The notes: generated by a model not told the origin, from the letters alone. A DNA stretch of 37,242 nucleotides from an uncultured Chromatiaceae bacterium (GCA_964569355.1 CAZMVP010000004.1:1-37242), one strand, 5' to 3'. Counted from the first letter of the stretch, positions 18,771 to 29,607 are shown. Numbers and translations: made by a program.

Positions 18771-19419
18771 AGTCAAGCTGATCACCGGCGCACTCGTCAC
18801 GCTCGGCGTGGCCACCGCGGCGCTGGTCGTCATGCCCTACATCCAGGTCCGGGACGTCAAGCCACCCGAGGGCCTGAAGCCCTACACGAGCGCGGAGCTG
18901 CGCGGGCGGGAGGTCTACATCTCCGAGGGCTGCGTGTACTGCCACAGCCAGCAGCCACGCGACCGGTCCATGGGTCCGGATGCCAGCCGCGGCTGGGGCC
19001 GGCCATCGGTGCCGGGCGACTACTACTATGACCGCCCGCACCAGCTCGGCAGCATGCGTACCGGGCCTGACCTCTTCAATATCGGCGCGCGCCAGCCCAG
19101 CAAGGACTGGCAGCTCGGCCACCTCTACCAGCCCCGGGCCTATTCGCCCGGATCGACGATGCCGGCCTATCCCTACCTGTTCACCATCGAGGATGAGCTC
19201 GCCGATGGCGACGAGGCGGTGAACCTGCCACCGGGGTACGCGCCGGAAGGCAAGTACGTCGTGGCCACGCCGAGGGCGCTCGACCTCGTGCGCTACCTCC
19301 AGGGGATGGACCATACCTATCCGATCCTGCCCGCGGCGCCCGTGGCAGGGCCCGCGGCAGCGGATGGGTCCGAAGCGGCAACCGGACCCGAAGCCGCAAC
19401 CGCAGAAGGGACGCTGTGA
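18760..19419 (+). CDS. ccoO: cbb3-type oxidase subunit II (monoheme CcoO/FixO)
   Basis: N-terminal TM segment, then YISEGCVYCHSQQPR and GSMRTGPDLFNIG...W...HLY.PR...PGS.MPAYPYLF. I trimmed the start to the ATG at 18760, with GGAGGG upstream. The gene overlaps ccoN by 11 nt. Confidence 0.85.
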   Translation: MESEVKLITGALVTLGVATAALVVMPYIQVRDVKPPEGLKPYTSAELRGREVYISEGCVYCHSQQPRDRSMGPDASRGWGRPSVPGDYYYDRPHQLGSMRTGPDLFNIGARQPSKDWQLGHLYQPRAYSPGSTMPAYPYLFTIEDELADGDEAVNLPPGYAPEGKYVVATPRALDLVRYLQGMDHTYPILPAAPVAGPAAADGSEAATGPEAATAEGTL

Positions 19420-20045
19420 TGCTCGATGAACGCACCAAGCCCACCAAGGCGCAGCAGCGCGAGCATGCCGAGCCCTCCGAAGGCCTGAAGCCGGTACCGG
19501 TGGTCGTGTTGCTCGCCACGCTGGCACTCGTGCTGTTCGGTGCCGGCTACATCTTCGTTTCCGAGCCCTTTGGCCGGGCTGACCTGGGCGACCAGCGCAC
19601 GCTGGCCGACCTCAGGGCGAAGCCGGCAGCGGCAGCCGGCACCGCCGCAGCCAGCGTGGACGGGGCGCAGGTCTACACGGCCAACTGCGTCGCCTGCCAC
19701 CAGGCAAGCGGCAAGGGCCTGCCAGGCGTCTTCCCGAACCTCGACGGCTCCGACTGGGTTGCCAGGGATCCCCGTGTCATCATCAATATCCTGCTCCACG
19801 GCATCACGGGCCAGATGACGGTCAATGGCGCGGTGTACAACGGCGCGATGCCGGCCTTCGGCCACCTAGGCGACGCGGAGCTGGCCGCCGTGGCGAGCCA
19901 TGTACGGTCGGCGTGGTCCAACAAACTGCCGCCGGTAGCGCCGGAAACCGTCGCCGAGGTCCGCAAGGACCAGTCCCGGACCACGCCGTTTGCCGGTGAA
20001 GCCGAGCTCGAGGCTATGCTGAAGTCGCTGGCACCGGCTCCTTGA
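19419..20045 (+). CDS. Membrane-anchored monoheme c-type cytochrome (stands where the diheme CcoP would be)
   Basis: TM segment VVVLLATLALVLFGAGYIFV, a single CVACH heme site, and GAMPAFG as the probable Met ligand. The ATG overlaps the ccoO stop (GTGATG). Confidence 0.75.
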   Translation: MLDERTKPTKAQQREHAEPSEGLKPVPVVVLLATLALVLFGAGYIFVSEPFGRADLGDQRTLADLRAKPAAAAGTAAASVDGAQVYTANCVACHQASGKGLPGVFPNLDGSDWVARDPRVIINILLHGITGQMTVNGAVYNGAMPAFGHLGDAELAAVASHVRSAWSNKLPPVAPETVAEVRKDQSRTTPFAGEAELEAMLKSLAPAP

Positions 20046-20090
20046 GCAGGGCATGAAGGCCGGCGCGACATCCGGCAGCGAGGGCTCGCG

Positions 20091-20555
20091 ATGCGCCTGA
20101 CGATGATGACGGACTACGCGCTGCGCCTGCTCATGTACGTGGGCCAGCGACCTGACCAGTTGTGCACCATCGCGGAAGTCGCCGGGGCCCACGGCATTTC
20201 CGAAGCACACCTGATGAAGATCACGCACCAGCTGGCCCTGCACGGCTGGCTGGAAACCATCCGCGGCCGCGGCGGCGGCATGCGTCTTGCGACCACGCCG
20301 GACAAGGTCAACATTGGTGCCGTGGTGCGTCGCATGGAACCGGATTTCCAGCTCGTGGAATGCCTGGCCCGGGACACCTGCGCGCTGGCGGGCCACTGCA
20401 ATCTCACCCCCATCGTCGAAGAGGCACTCGAACTCTTCATGGCGCACCTGGACCGGCACACGCTGGCCGACCTGCTGCCCGGCATCCCGATCGACCTGCG
20501 CGCGCAACGAAAGGATCCGACGTCGGGCGGCGGCAACTCGACGCGCAGTCGCTGA
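20091..20555 (+). CDS. nsrR: Rrf2-family transcriptional regulator, NsrR-like
   Basis: MRLTMMTDYALRLLMYVG....TIAEVA...GISEAHLMKI...L...G (wHTH), followed by three Cys spaced as C-x7-C-x5-C (ECLARDTCALAGHC). This is the Fe-S ligand pattern of NsrR-type Rrf2 proteins. The symbol is tentative. Confidence 0.75.
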   Translation: MRLTMMTDYALRLLMYVGQRPDQLCTIAEVAGAHGISEAHLMKITHQLALHGWLETIRGRGGGMRLATTPDKVNIGAVVRRMEPDFQLVECLARDTCALAGHCNLTPIVEEALELFMAHLDRHTLADLLPGIPIDLRAQRKDPTSGGGNSTRSR

Positions 20556-21187
20556 TGGGCCGGACCCTGGTCGCCTGCGCCGCATTCCTGGTCCTCGCGA
20601 TCGGCGCGGCACGGTGGTTGACGCTCGATTTCAACATCTGGACTGCCGAAGGCGCGCGCCGCTTCGAGGTGGCGAGCGCACCGGTTGCCGCACCCGAGGT
20701 CACGCTGGACGGACCCGACCTCCGCGACATGCGGCTGCCCGAGGTCCTGTCCACGAACCGGGCGGTGACGATCGTCGATTTCATCTACACCAGTTGCCAG
20801 ACCGTCTGCCAGGTGCTGGGTACCGGCTTCCAGCAACTGCAGGCGCGCATCGGCAATGATCCACGGCTGAAGCAGCGCGTCCGCCTGCTGTCGATCAGCT
20901 TCGATCCGGCCCGCGATACCCCGGACGTGCTGCGCGACCATGCCGACCACCTCGGCGCCGACCCGGCCATCTGGACCTTCGCGCGGGTCGCCGACCAGCG
21001 GCAGCTGGCCACGCTGCTCGACCGCTTCAACGTGGTCGTGATTCCGGATGGCCAGGGTGGCTATGCGCACAACGCCGCCTTGCTCGTTGTCGACCGGGAC
21101 GCGCGGCTGGTGCGGATCTTCGACTACTCGGAACTCGACACGGCGCTGGCCTATGCCGTGCGACTGGCGAATCGGCAGGTCTCCTGA
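20555..21187 (+). CDS. SCO1/SenC family copper chaperone / thiol-disulfide protein
   Basis: N-terminal TM anchor, FIYTSCQTVCQ (the CxxxC motif), LLSISFDPARDTP, and YAHNAALLVVD (the conserved His). The ATG overlaps the nsrR stop (TGATG). Confidence 0.8.
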   Translation: MGRTLVACAAFLVLAIGAARWLTLDFNIWTAEGARRFEVASAPVAAPEVTLDGPDLRDMRLPEVLSTNRAVTIVDFIYTSCQTVCQVLGTGFQQLQARIGNDPRLKQRVRLLSISFDPARDTPDVLRDHADHLGADPAIWTFARVADQRQLATLLDRFNVVVIPDGQGGYAHNAALLVVDRDARLVRIFDYSELDTALAYAVRLANRQVS

Positions 21188-21792
21188 TGACGAGCAGCCG
21201 GATGCATCGATTCGCCGCCCTCACCGCGTTGGCCGCACTGGCCGCGCTCCTGGTGCTGGTGTTGCCGCCGGTGCGGCTGGCCATGGAAGCCAGCATGAGC
21301 CGACACATGCTGTTGCAGTTCCCGGCGCTCCTCGCCATCGGCTGGTTGCTGGCCGGCACGCTGCCGGTCCGGTGGCGCACCGCGCTCGGCCCATGGAACC
21401 ACCTCGGCATCAGCGGGCTCATGGCCGCTGCCCTGATCCTCGGCATCGGCATGATTCCCCGGGTGCTGGATCTGGCGCTGGTGGACTGGCGGATCGAGGC
21501 CATCAAGTTCGTCGCCCTGCTGTCCTGCGGCGCCGCAATCCGGCTGTCATGGTCGGCCGGCGGCCTGGTGGTGCAGGGCTTCTTCCTCGGCAACCTGTTG
21601 TGGATGACCGCGGTCGTCGGTCTCCTGTACCAGGACTCGCCCGAGCGGCTGTGCAATGCCTACCGGCTGGATGACCAGCAGTGGCTGGGAATGTGGCTCG
21701 TGGGCATCTCGGTCGCCATCGGCACGACCTGGCTGGTCCGCGCGTTCCGAGGACGGCAAGTGGGGCATGAGCCGGACACATTGACGCCCTGA
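21187..21792 (+). CDS. Polytopic membrane protein, possibly a CtaG-like oxidase assembly factor
   Basis: About five hydrophobic segments. SRHMLLQFPALLAIGWLLAG is reminiscent of caa3-CtaG-type proteins. The ATG overlaps the SCO stop (TGATG). The functional call is weak. Confidence 0.5.
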   Translation: MTSSRMHRFAALTALAALAALLVLVLPPVRLAMEASMSRHMLLQFPALLAIGWLLAGTLPVRWRTALGPWNHLGISGLMAAALILGIGMIPRVLDLALVDWRIEAIKFVALLSCGAAIRLSWSAGGLVVQGFFLGNLLWMTAVVGLLYQDSPERLCNAYRLDDQQWLGMWLVGISVAIGTTWLVRAFRGRQVGHEPDTLTP

Positions 21793-21993
21793 TGTCGGCG
21801 AGCTGATCCGCACCATCGGCGCGCGCTCGATCGGTCTGCCGAGGCACTACCGCCGGCCGGCTCGATCCTTCGCCTTATGTTCAGTCGGACTCGGATGACC
21901 AATGCTGAGGCAATATCTGCCATCAGGCTGCTCGAACCGTCGGCCGTGCCTGGCAGGACGACGGCCCCGCTCATCCGAAACAGGAAGTGAAAA

Positions 21994-23121
21994 ATGACAA
22001 GAATCATCCTGATTGCACTACTGCTCCCCGCGTCATTCAGTGCTGCCGCCGCCAGCTTTACACCATTGGGAGACCTGGCCGGCGGCACCTTTGCCAGCGG
22101 GGCCACGGATATCTCCGGTAACGGCACGATCGTCGTCGGCAACAGCAGCACGGCCGCCGGCACCCGCGCGTTCATCTGGACTGCCAGTACCGGCATGGTG
22201 GAGATGGCGGCGGCCAACGGCATTACCCCAACCGTGGCGAATGCCATATCAGGCGATGGCACGGTGATCGTCGGCAGCTCCGGCTACTCCCTGAGTTGGC
22301 GTTGGTCCAGCGCGAGCGGCTTCCAGCCATTGGTGCCCGTGGCCGGCGAGACGGGGACCGCAACGAGTTCCGTATCCTACGACGGCAGTGTCGTGGGTGG
22401 CTCAAGCATTAATCCCTTCCCGCGCGCTGTCATCTGGACGGCACCGACGACCCCGGATCCATTGGGCATACCCATTGAAAGCAGCGTCCACGGCGTGTCA
22501 GCCGACGGCCTGGTGGCGGTGGGCGGTGGGCAACGAGACAACGTCGCATTCCGCTGGTCTGAAACGGATGGCATCACCTATCTGGGGGACCTGCCCGGCG
22601 GCAACACTTCCGCTGTCGCCATGGCCACCTCCGGCGATGGCAGCATCGTCGTGGGCAGATCCAGCTCGGCCGCCGGTGGCGAGGCATTTCGATGGACTGC
22701 CGATACCGGCATCCTTGGCCTGGGCGATCTTGCAGGCGGCATTTTCGGCAGCTCGGTCACCGATATCACGGCATCCGGCGACGTGATTGTCGGCAGTGGA
22801 TCGGACAGCAGGGGACAACAGGCTGTCCTGTGGACCACTGCCGGCGTGGAGGCCATCTTCGACCTGCTGGTAGCCCAGGGTGTGATGCTGCCCGAGGGCT
22901 GGAGACTTACCAGTGCCAAGGCCATTTCTGACGACGGTCTTGCCATTGTCGGTACCGGCGTCAATCCCGATGGCTTTGTTGAAGGGTGGATAGCGCAGCT
23001 GGACCCCTACATCGTGCCGTTGCCGGCATCCATCTGGCTGTTCATCTCCTCACTCTCCGCCTTGGCGGGGCTTCGCCTTCGCAGCATCGGCCGCGCGACA
23101 GCCACTGCCAGCCACCGGTGA
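21994..23121 (+). CDS. HAF-repeat extracellular protein with a VPLPA-CTERM (PEP-CTERM variant) sorting signal
   Basis: Signal peptide MTRIILIALLLPASFSAAAA. Repeated G.A.AISGDG..VVG....G...AF.W motifs are present (ATDISGNGTIVVG, NAISGDGTVIVG, HGVSADGLVAVG, ATSGDGSIVVG, TDITASGDVIVG, AISDDGLAIVG). The C-terminus (23014-23118) is VPLPASIWLFISSLSALAGLRLRS. AGGAAG lies upstream of the ATG. Confidence 0.8.
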   Translation: MTRIILIALLLPASFSAAAASFTPLGDLAGGTFASGATDISGNGTIVVGNSSTAAGTRAFIWTASTGMVEMAAANGITPTVANAISGDGTVIVGSSGYSLSWRWSSASGFQPLVPVAGETGTATSSVSYDGSVVGGSSINPFPRAVIWTAPTTPDPLGIPIESSVHGVSADGLVAVGGGQRDNVAFRWSETDGITYLGDLPGGNTSAVAMATSGDGSIVVGRSSSAAGGEAFRWTADTGILGLGDLAGGIFGSSVTDITASGDVIVGSGSDSRGQQAVLWTTAGVEAIFDLLVAQGVMLPEGWRLTSAKAISDDGLAIVGTGVNPDGFVEGWIAQLDPYIVPLPASIWLFISSLSALAGLRLRSIGRATATASHR

Positions 23122-23129
23122 CCACGCCG

Positions 23130-23207
23130 GTGGTGCCGGGGCACCTTCTTGGTAAGTGGTGCCGGGGCACCTTCTTGGTAAGTGGTGCCGGGGCACTTTC
23201 TTGGTAA
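23130..23207. repeat. 3 x 26-bp tandem repeat, GTGGTGCCGGGGCACCTTCTTGGTAA. Each unit carries the inverted repeat GGTGC-CGGG-GCACC.
   Basis: Read directly: 23130-23155 and 23156-23181 are identical, and 23182-23207 has one mismatch (C to T at 23197). The period is 26, not a multiple of 3. It lies 9 nt after the HAF gene's stop and 33 nt before the next ATG. Confidence 0.9.
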
Positions 23208-23239
23208 CCTGTCGCCGACGACAGCAGCGGTGACCTGCC

Positions 23240-23845
23240 ATGCCTGACACACCCGAAGCCGCCGGCCACGCCGGCCCGACGCCACTGGCCTCCGCGACCT
23301 GGGACGGCACGCTCGAAGCCGACACGCTCGAAGCCGACACACCCGAGTTCAACCGCACGGAAATTGAACAGCTCCGCATGCGGATCATCGCGCTGGAAAG
23401 CCTCGTGATGTCGCTGTTCGCCGCGGGCAGCAACCGGCAACATGATCTGGCCCGAGAGATGTCCATGTACATCGCGCCGCGGCCCGGGTTCACGCCGCAC
23501 GCATTGACCCTGCGTGCCGGCAAGCACATGAACAACCTGCTGGAGCGCGCCAGCACGATCCGCGACGAGATGCCTTCGACCAAACCGTACCGCCGCACGC
23601 GGATCTTCGACGAAGGAACGCTGCCCGCGAGCCTGCGTCGCGAGCATCGCACCAAGGCCGGCATCTGGGCCGTGATCCGCATCCTCGACGGCCGCGTGCG
23701 CTTCCGCATCAAGGAGCCGGAATCGGTCGCGATCCTGGAACCCGGCCGTCCGGGACTTGTGCAGCCCGAACAGCCGCATGTCGTCGAGCCGCTCGGGCCG
23801 GTGCGCCTGCGGCTGGAGTTCTATCGCCAGCAGCCCGAGCTGTGA
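23240..23845 (+). CDS. DUF1971 (YeaR/TehB-C-like) domain protein with an uncharacterised ~115-aa N-terminal extension
   Basis: The C-terminal part reads YRRTRIFDEGTLPASLRREHRTKAGIWAVIRILDGRVRF....EPGRPGLVQPEQPHVVEP.GPVRLRLEFY, matching the DUF1971 beta-barrel domain. The N-terminus holds an in-frame 2 x 15-bp repeat (23309-23338, TLEAD TLEAD). Confidence 0.7.
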   Translation: MPDTPEAAGHAGPTPLASATWDGTLEADTLEADTPEFNRTEIEQLRMRIIALESLVMSLFAAGSNRQHDLAREMSMYIAPRPGFTPHALTLRAGKHMNNLLERASTIRDEMPSTKPYRRTRIFDEGTLPASLRREHRTKAGIWAVIRILDGRVRFRIKEPESVAILEPGRPGLVQPEQPHVVEPLGPVRLRLEFYRQQPEL

Positions 23846-23861
23846 TCCGGCGGAATCGATC

Positions 23862-24809
23862 GTGAGGCTGCTGCCCCTCCTCGGCATCGACCTGCCGATC
23901 GTCCAGGCGCCGATCGGCAGCGCGGCAAGCCCCGCACTGGCGGCCGCGGTGGCCAACGCCGGCGGACTCGGCACGCTGTCGATCAGCTGGTCAACGGAGG
24001 CACAGATCCGCCGGATGATCCAGGCCACGCGGGCACTGACGCAGAGGCCGTTTGCGGTCAACCTCGTGCTGGAATGGCCCCAGGAGGAGCGGCTTGAGGT
24101 TGCCCTCGACGAGGGTGTCCGGCTCGTATCCACTTTCTGCGGCAATCCCGCTGCCAGCATCCGGGCCGTGCATGAGGCTGGCGGCCTGCTGATGCACACG
24201 ATCGGTTCACTGGATGATGCCGCGGCGGCGATCGCGGCCGGCGCCGACATCATCGTGATCCAGGGCGTCGAGGCCGGCGGCCACGTCTGCACGGATATCC
24301 CGCTGATGCGCCTGATCGGGCAGATCCGCGCCGCCTTTCCCGATGCGCCGCTGGTTGCCGCCGGTGGCCTGGCCGATGCGGCCGATGTGGCGGCAGTGCT
24401 CGACGCCGGTGCCGACGCAGCGTGGCTCGGCACGCGCTTTGTCTGCTCGGTTGAAGCCAATGCGGCGACCCTGTACCAGCAGAAGATCATCGAGGCCTAC
24501 GCCGATGACACCGTGATGACCACGGCCTTCTCGCTTGGCTGGCCTGATTCCCCGCACCGGGTGATCCGCAACAGCACGGTGCGCATGGCCGCCGATGCGC
24601 CGGCAAACCGCGCCGCGGGAAGCGCACCGGAAATCGTGGCACACTCCAGGCGCGGCACGCCGATCGAGCGCTATGCGTTCGGCATACCCACCCGCGACAT
24701 GACAGGAGATCTCGAAGCGATGGCACTGTACGCCGGCTGCAGCGTGGAGAAGATCCATGACGTCAGGCCCGCGGCCGACCTCGTGCGGTCGCTCTCGGGA
24801 GTGCGCTGA
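23862..24809 (+). CDS. Nitronate monooxygenase / NAD(P)H-dependent flavin oxidoreductase (NMO family)
   Basis: LLGIDLPIVQAPIGSAASPALAAAVANAGGLGTLS, then IIVIQGVEAGGH, then VAAGGLADA....VLDAGADAAWLGTRF. The GTG start at 23862 is chosen because the upstream part of the track ORF overlaps the previous gene. Confidence 0.8.
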   Translation: MRLLPLLGIDLPIVQAPIGSAASPALAAAVANAGGLGTLSISWSTEAQIRRMIQATRALTQRPFAVNLVLEWPQEERLEVALDEGVRLVSTFCGNPAASIRAVHEAGGLLMHTIGSLDDAAAAIAAGADIIVIQGVEAGGHVCTDIPLMRLIGQIRAAFPDAPLVAAGGLADAADVAAVLDAGADAAWLGTRFVCSVEANAATLYQQKIIEAYADDTVMTTAFSLGWPDSPHRVIRNSTVRMAADAPANRAAGSAPEIVAHSRRGTPIERYAFGIPTRDMTGDLEAMALYAGCSVEKIHDVRPAADLVRSLSGVR

Positions 24810-25468
24810 TGACACACCAGTTGCTGGTCATCGCCGGTGCCGGTCCCGGCATCAGCCTCGCGACGGCGCGCCGCTTCGGTGCCGAGGGCTTCGCCGTGGC
24901 ACTGATCGGCCGCCGCGAGGAGTCGCTGCGGGCCCTGCAGGCGGGACTGCAGGAATCCGGCATCAGGGTCCTCATCCGGGTTGCAGACTGCGCGGATGAA
25001 ACGCAGCTTGCCGAAGCGCTTCAGGAGATCCAGGCGGAGGCCGGTCCGGCAGGCGTGCTGCTCTACAACGCGGCCAACATCAAATGGAAGAACCTGCTGG
25101 ATGACACGGCCGGCGCGCTGATCGCGGATTTCGCGGTGAACGTGGCCGGCGCGCTGACCGCTGCCAAGGCCGTGCTGCCCGGCATGCGCGCGGCCAACGA
25201 GGGCCTGCTGCTTTTCACCGGCTCGACCTTCGGCGAACGTCCGGTGCCCTCGTTCGGTTCCTTGTCCATCGGCAAGGCGGGATTGCGGAATCTCAGCCAC
25301 GGCCTCGCGCAGTCGCTGCGTGACACGGCCATCAGGGTGCATTACCTCAACGTCAATGGTCGCGTCACGGCTGATGATCCGGCACGCAGTCCGCAGAAGA
25401 TTGCCGAGCGGTGCTGGGAGTTGCACCAGGCAGGCGGCCTGGCGCCGGCCGTCGACGTGTCGATCTGA
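24809..25468 (+). CDS. SDR-family oxidoreductase
   Basis: VIAGAGPGISLATARRFGAEGFAVALIGRR (Rossmann fold), then NAA, then S...K. The ATG overlaps the upstream stop (TGATG). Confidence 0.75.
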   Translation: MTHQLLVIAGAGPGISLATARRFGAEGFAVALIGRREESLRALQAGLQESGIRVLIRVADCADETQLAEALQEIQAEAGPAGVLLYNAANIKWKNLLDDTAGALIADFAVNVAGALTAAKAVLPGMRAANEGLLLFTGSTFGERPVPSFGSLSIGKAGLRNLSHGLAQSLRDTAIRVHYLNVNGRVTADDPARSPQKIAERCWELHQAGGLAPAVDVSI

Positions 25469-25473
25469 CCCGC

Positions 25474-26802
25474 CTAGGCGTCTTCCTCGCCCGTCCGGCC
25501 CTGCCCCGGCGCAGGCCGTCGGCCACCGAACAGCTTGGCCGCGATCTGCGGCAGCTCCGCCGTCAGTTGCGCCTGGTTCGCCGGCAGGATGTCGGCCGGC
25601 ATGCCGTGGATGCCATTGTTGCCGAACCAGGCAAACAGGCTGTCGGTCTCGGCGTCATCCAGCACCACCGGGATCGGCGGCTGGCGCCGGCTCCGCGAGT
25701 TGTATTGCGGGCTGAAGAAGTTGAACGCGTGGGTCCAGTAGTCGTTGTATTCGGCATTGCCCGGCTTGCCGTCGAGTGCCTTCTTCGTGGCATCGGCCGC
25801 CATGTAGCCGCAACCGAAGGCACCCTTGATCGCCGTCTCGGCGTAAGCCAGGTTGTCGCCAATGCAGATCACGTTGCCGCGCGCCGCTTCACGGACCGGT
25901 GGGCGCAGATCCATGCTGCAACCCTGCCGGTCGACGATGGTGGCGCGCTTGAACATCCCGGCAAATGCGGAAGTCTTCAGGAAGGCTTCGAGGATCTGCG
26001 GCAGGCGGACCGGGCTTGCGACCGGCGCCGAACAACTGATTTCCCAGAGTCCCGGCGGCCACGGGCCGACGTTCAGGAAACCCTTGTGCACGGACGGCTG
26101 GGTGAAGCGCGCGCGGCGCATCTCGCGGAACGGCACGTCGCAACGGTCGAGGATGAAACTCATGAACCGGAGCTTGCCGGGGCCGTCGCCGCGACCCTCA
26201 TCGAAACCCAGTTCCGCGGCCAGCGAGGAGAAGGAGCCATCGGCCAGGATCGCGCGCTTCGCGAGCAGGGTCTCCTCGCCGGCTTCGGTCTTCACCTTGA
26301 GCCTGACGCCGTCATCCCCGTCCTCGATCGACAGGCAGCGGGTACCGCCCTGGATCCGGCAGCCGGCTTTGGCCGCTTCCTCGAGCAGGCCGTGCAGCAT
26401 GACCTCCTTGTCGATCACGAAGCCGTCGATGCCGCGGCTGCTTTTCTCGCGATCGAAGGTGGCGCCGGAAGGCGACACCCAGGACTCGTTGAAGCAGGGA
26501 TCGAGTTCCCCGGCATAGGCAAACGATGCATCTTCCGGCAGGCCGTGCATGCGGATCATGTGCTTGCCGGGTGCGCCGACTTCGATCGTGCAGGTCGCGC
26601 GCCGGATGTTGACGTCGGTGATCGGCGCGTCGGAGGAAAATCCGCCCTCGCCGAGCCGGAGCAGCCGGCTGCAGAAGCGCGTGACGTTGCCGGCTTCCTT
26701 CAGCTTCTCGATGATCAGGACATTCAGGCCATCACGCGCGGCCTTGCGCGCAGCCATGCAGCCGCCTGGACCGGCGCCCACGATGATCAGGTCGTACTTC
26801 AT
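25474..26802 (-). CDS. FAD-dependent oxidoreductase (geranylgeranyl-reductase-like fold)
   Basis: The N-terminus MKYDLIIVGAGPGGCMAARKAARDGLNVLIIEK is a classic FAD dinucleotide-binding motif. A later GDN..Y motif is also present. The substrate is unknown. Confidence 0.75.
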   Translation of the reverse strand: MKYDLIIVGAGPGGCMAARKAARDGLNVLIIEKLKEAGNVTRFCSRLLRLGEGGFSSDAPITDVNIRRATCTIEVGAPGKHMIRMHGLPEDASFAYAGELDPCFNESWVSPSGATFDREKSSRGIDGFVIDKEVMLHGLLEEAAKAGCRIQGGTRCLSIEDGDDGVRLKVKTEAGEETLLAKRAILADGSFSSLAAELGFDEGRGDGPGKLRFMSFILDRCDVPFREMRRARFTQPSVHKGFLNVGPWPPGLWEISCSAPVASPVRLPQILEAFLKTSAFAGMFKRATIVDRQGCSMDLRPPVREAARGNVICIGDNLAYAETAIKGAFGCGYMAADATKKALDGKPGNAEYNDYWTHAFNFFSPQYNSRSRRQPPIPVVLDDAETDSLFAWFGNNGIHGMPADILPANQAQLTAELPQIAAKLFGGRRPAPGQGRTGEEDA

Positions 26803-26886
26803 GACATCCCACCCGTTCCCTTCGGACCGGGAATTATAGGGATGCCCGGCGGGTGCCGGTATGCGTACTGGTCCGGACCACTCCCC

Positions 26887-29607
<2,721 letters not shown>

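Noticed and set aside
17058-18833. 591-aa minus-strand ORF opposite ccoN
   Set aside because: It is antisense to the heme-copper oxidase subunit I. Its D/R/H/E-rich translation is incompatible with any fold I recognise.
21951-21965. Sigma54-like -24/-12 element (TGGCAG-N7-GC) about 29 nt upstream of the VPLPA-CTERM gene
   Set aside because: The GG-N10-GC spacing fits, but the -12 region is CGGCC rather than TTGC. In 67%-GC DNA such matches arise by chance. It is tempting because PEP-CTERM regulons are often sigma54-dependent, but it is not supportable from sequence alone.
23130-23207. Possible CRISPR array
   Set aside because: The three 26-bp units are directly adjacent with no spacers, and no cas genes are nearby. 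It is a plain tandem repeat.
23042-24490. 482-aa minus-strand ORF spanning the 26-bp repeats, the DUF1971 gene and the NMO gene
   Set aside because: It runs antisense through two recognisable genes and across a non-coding repeat whose period is 26. It is a shadow ORF.
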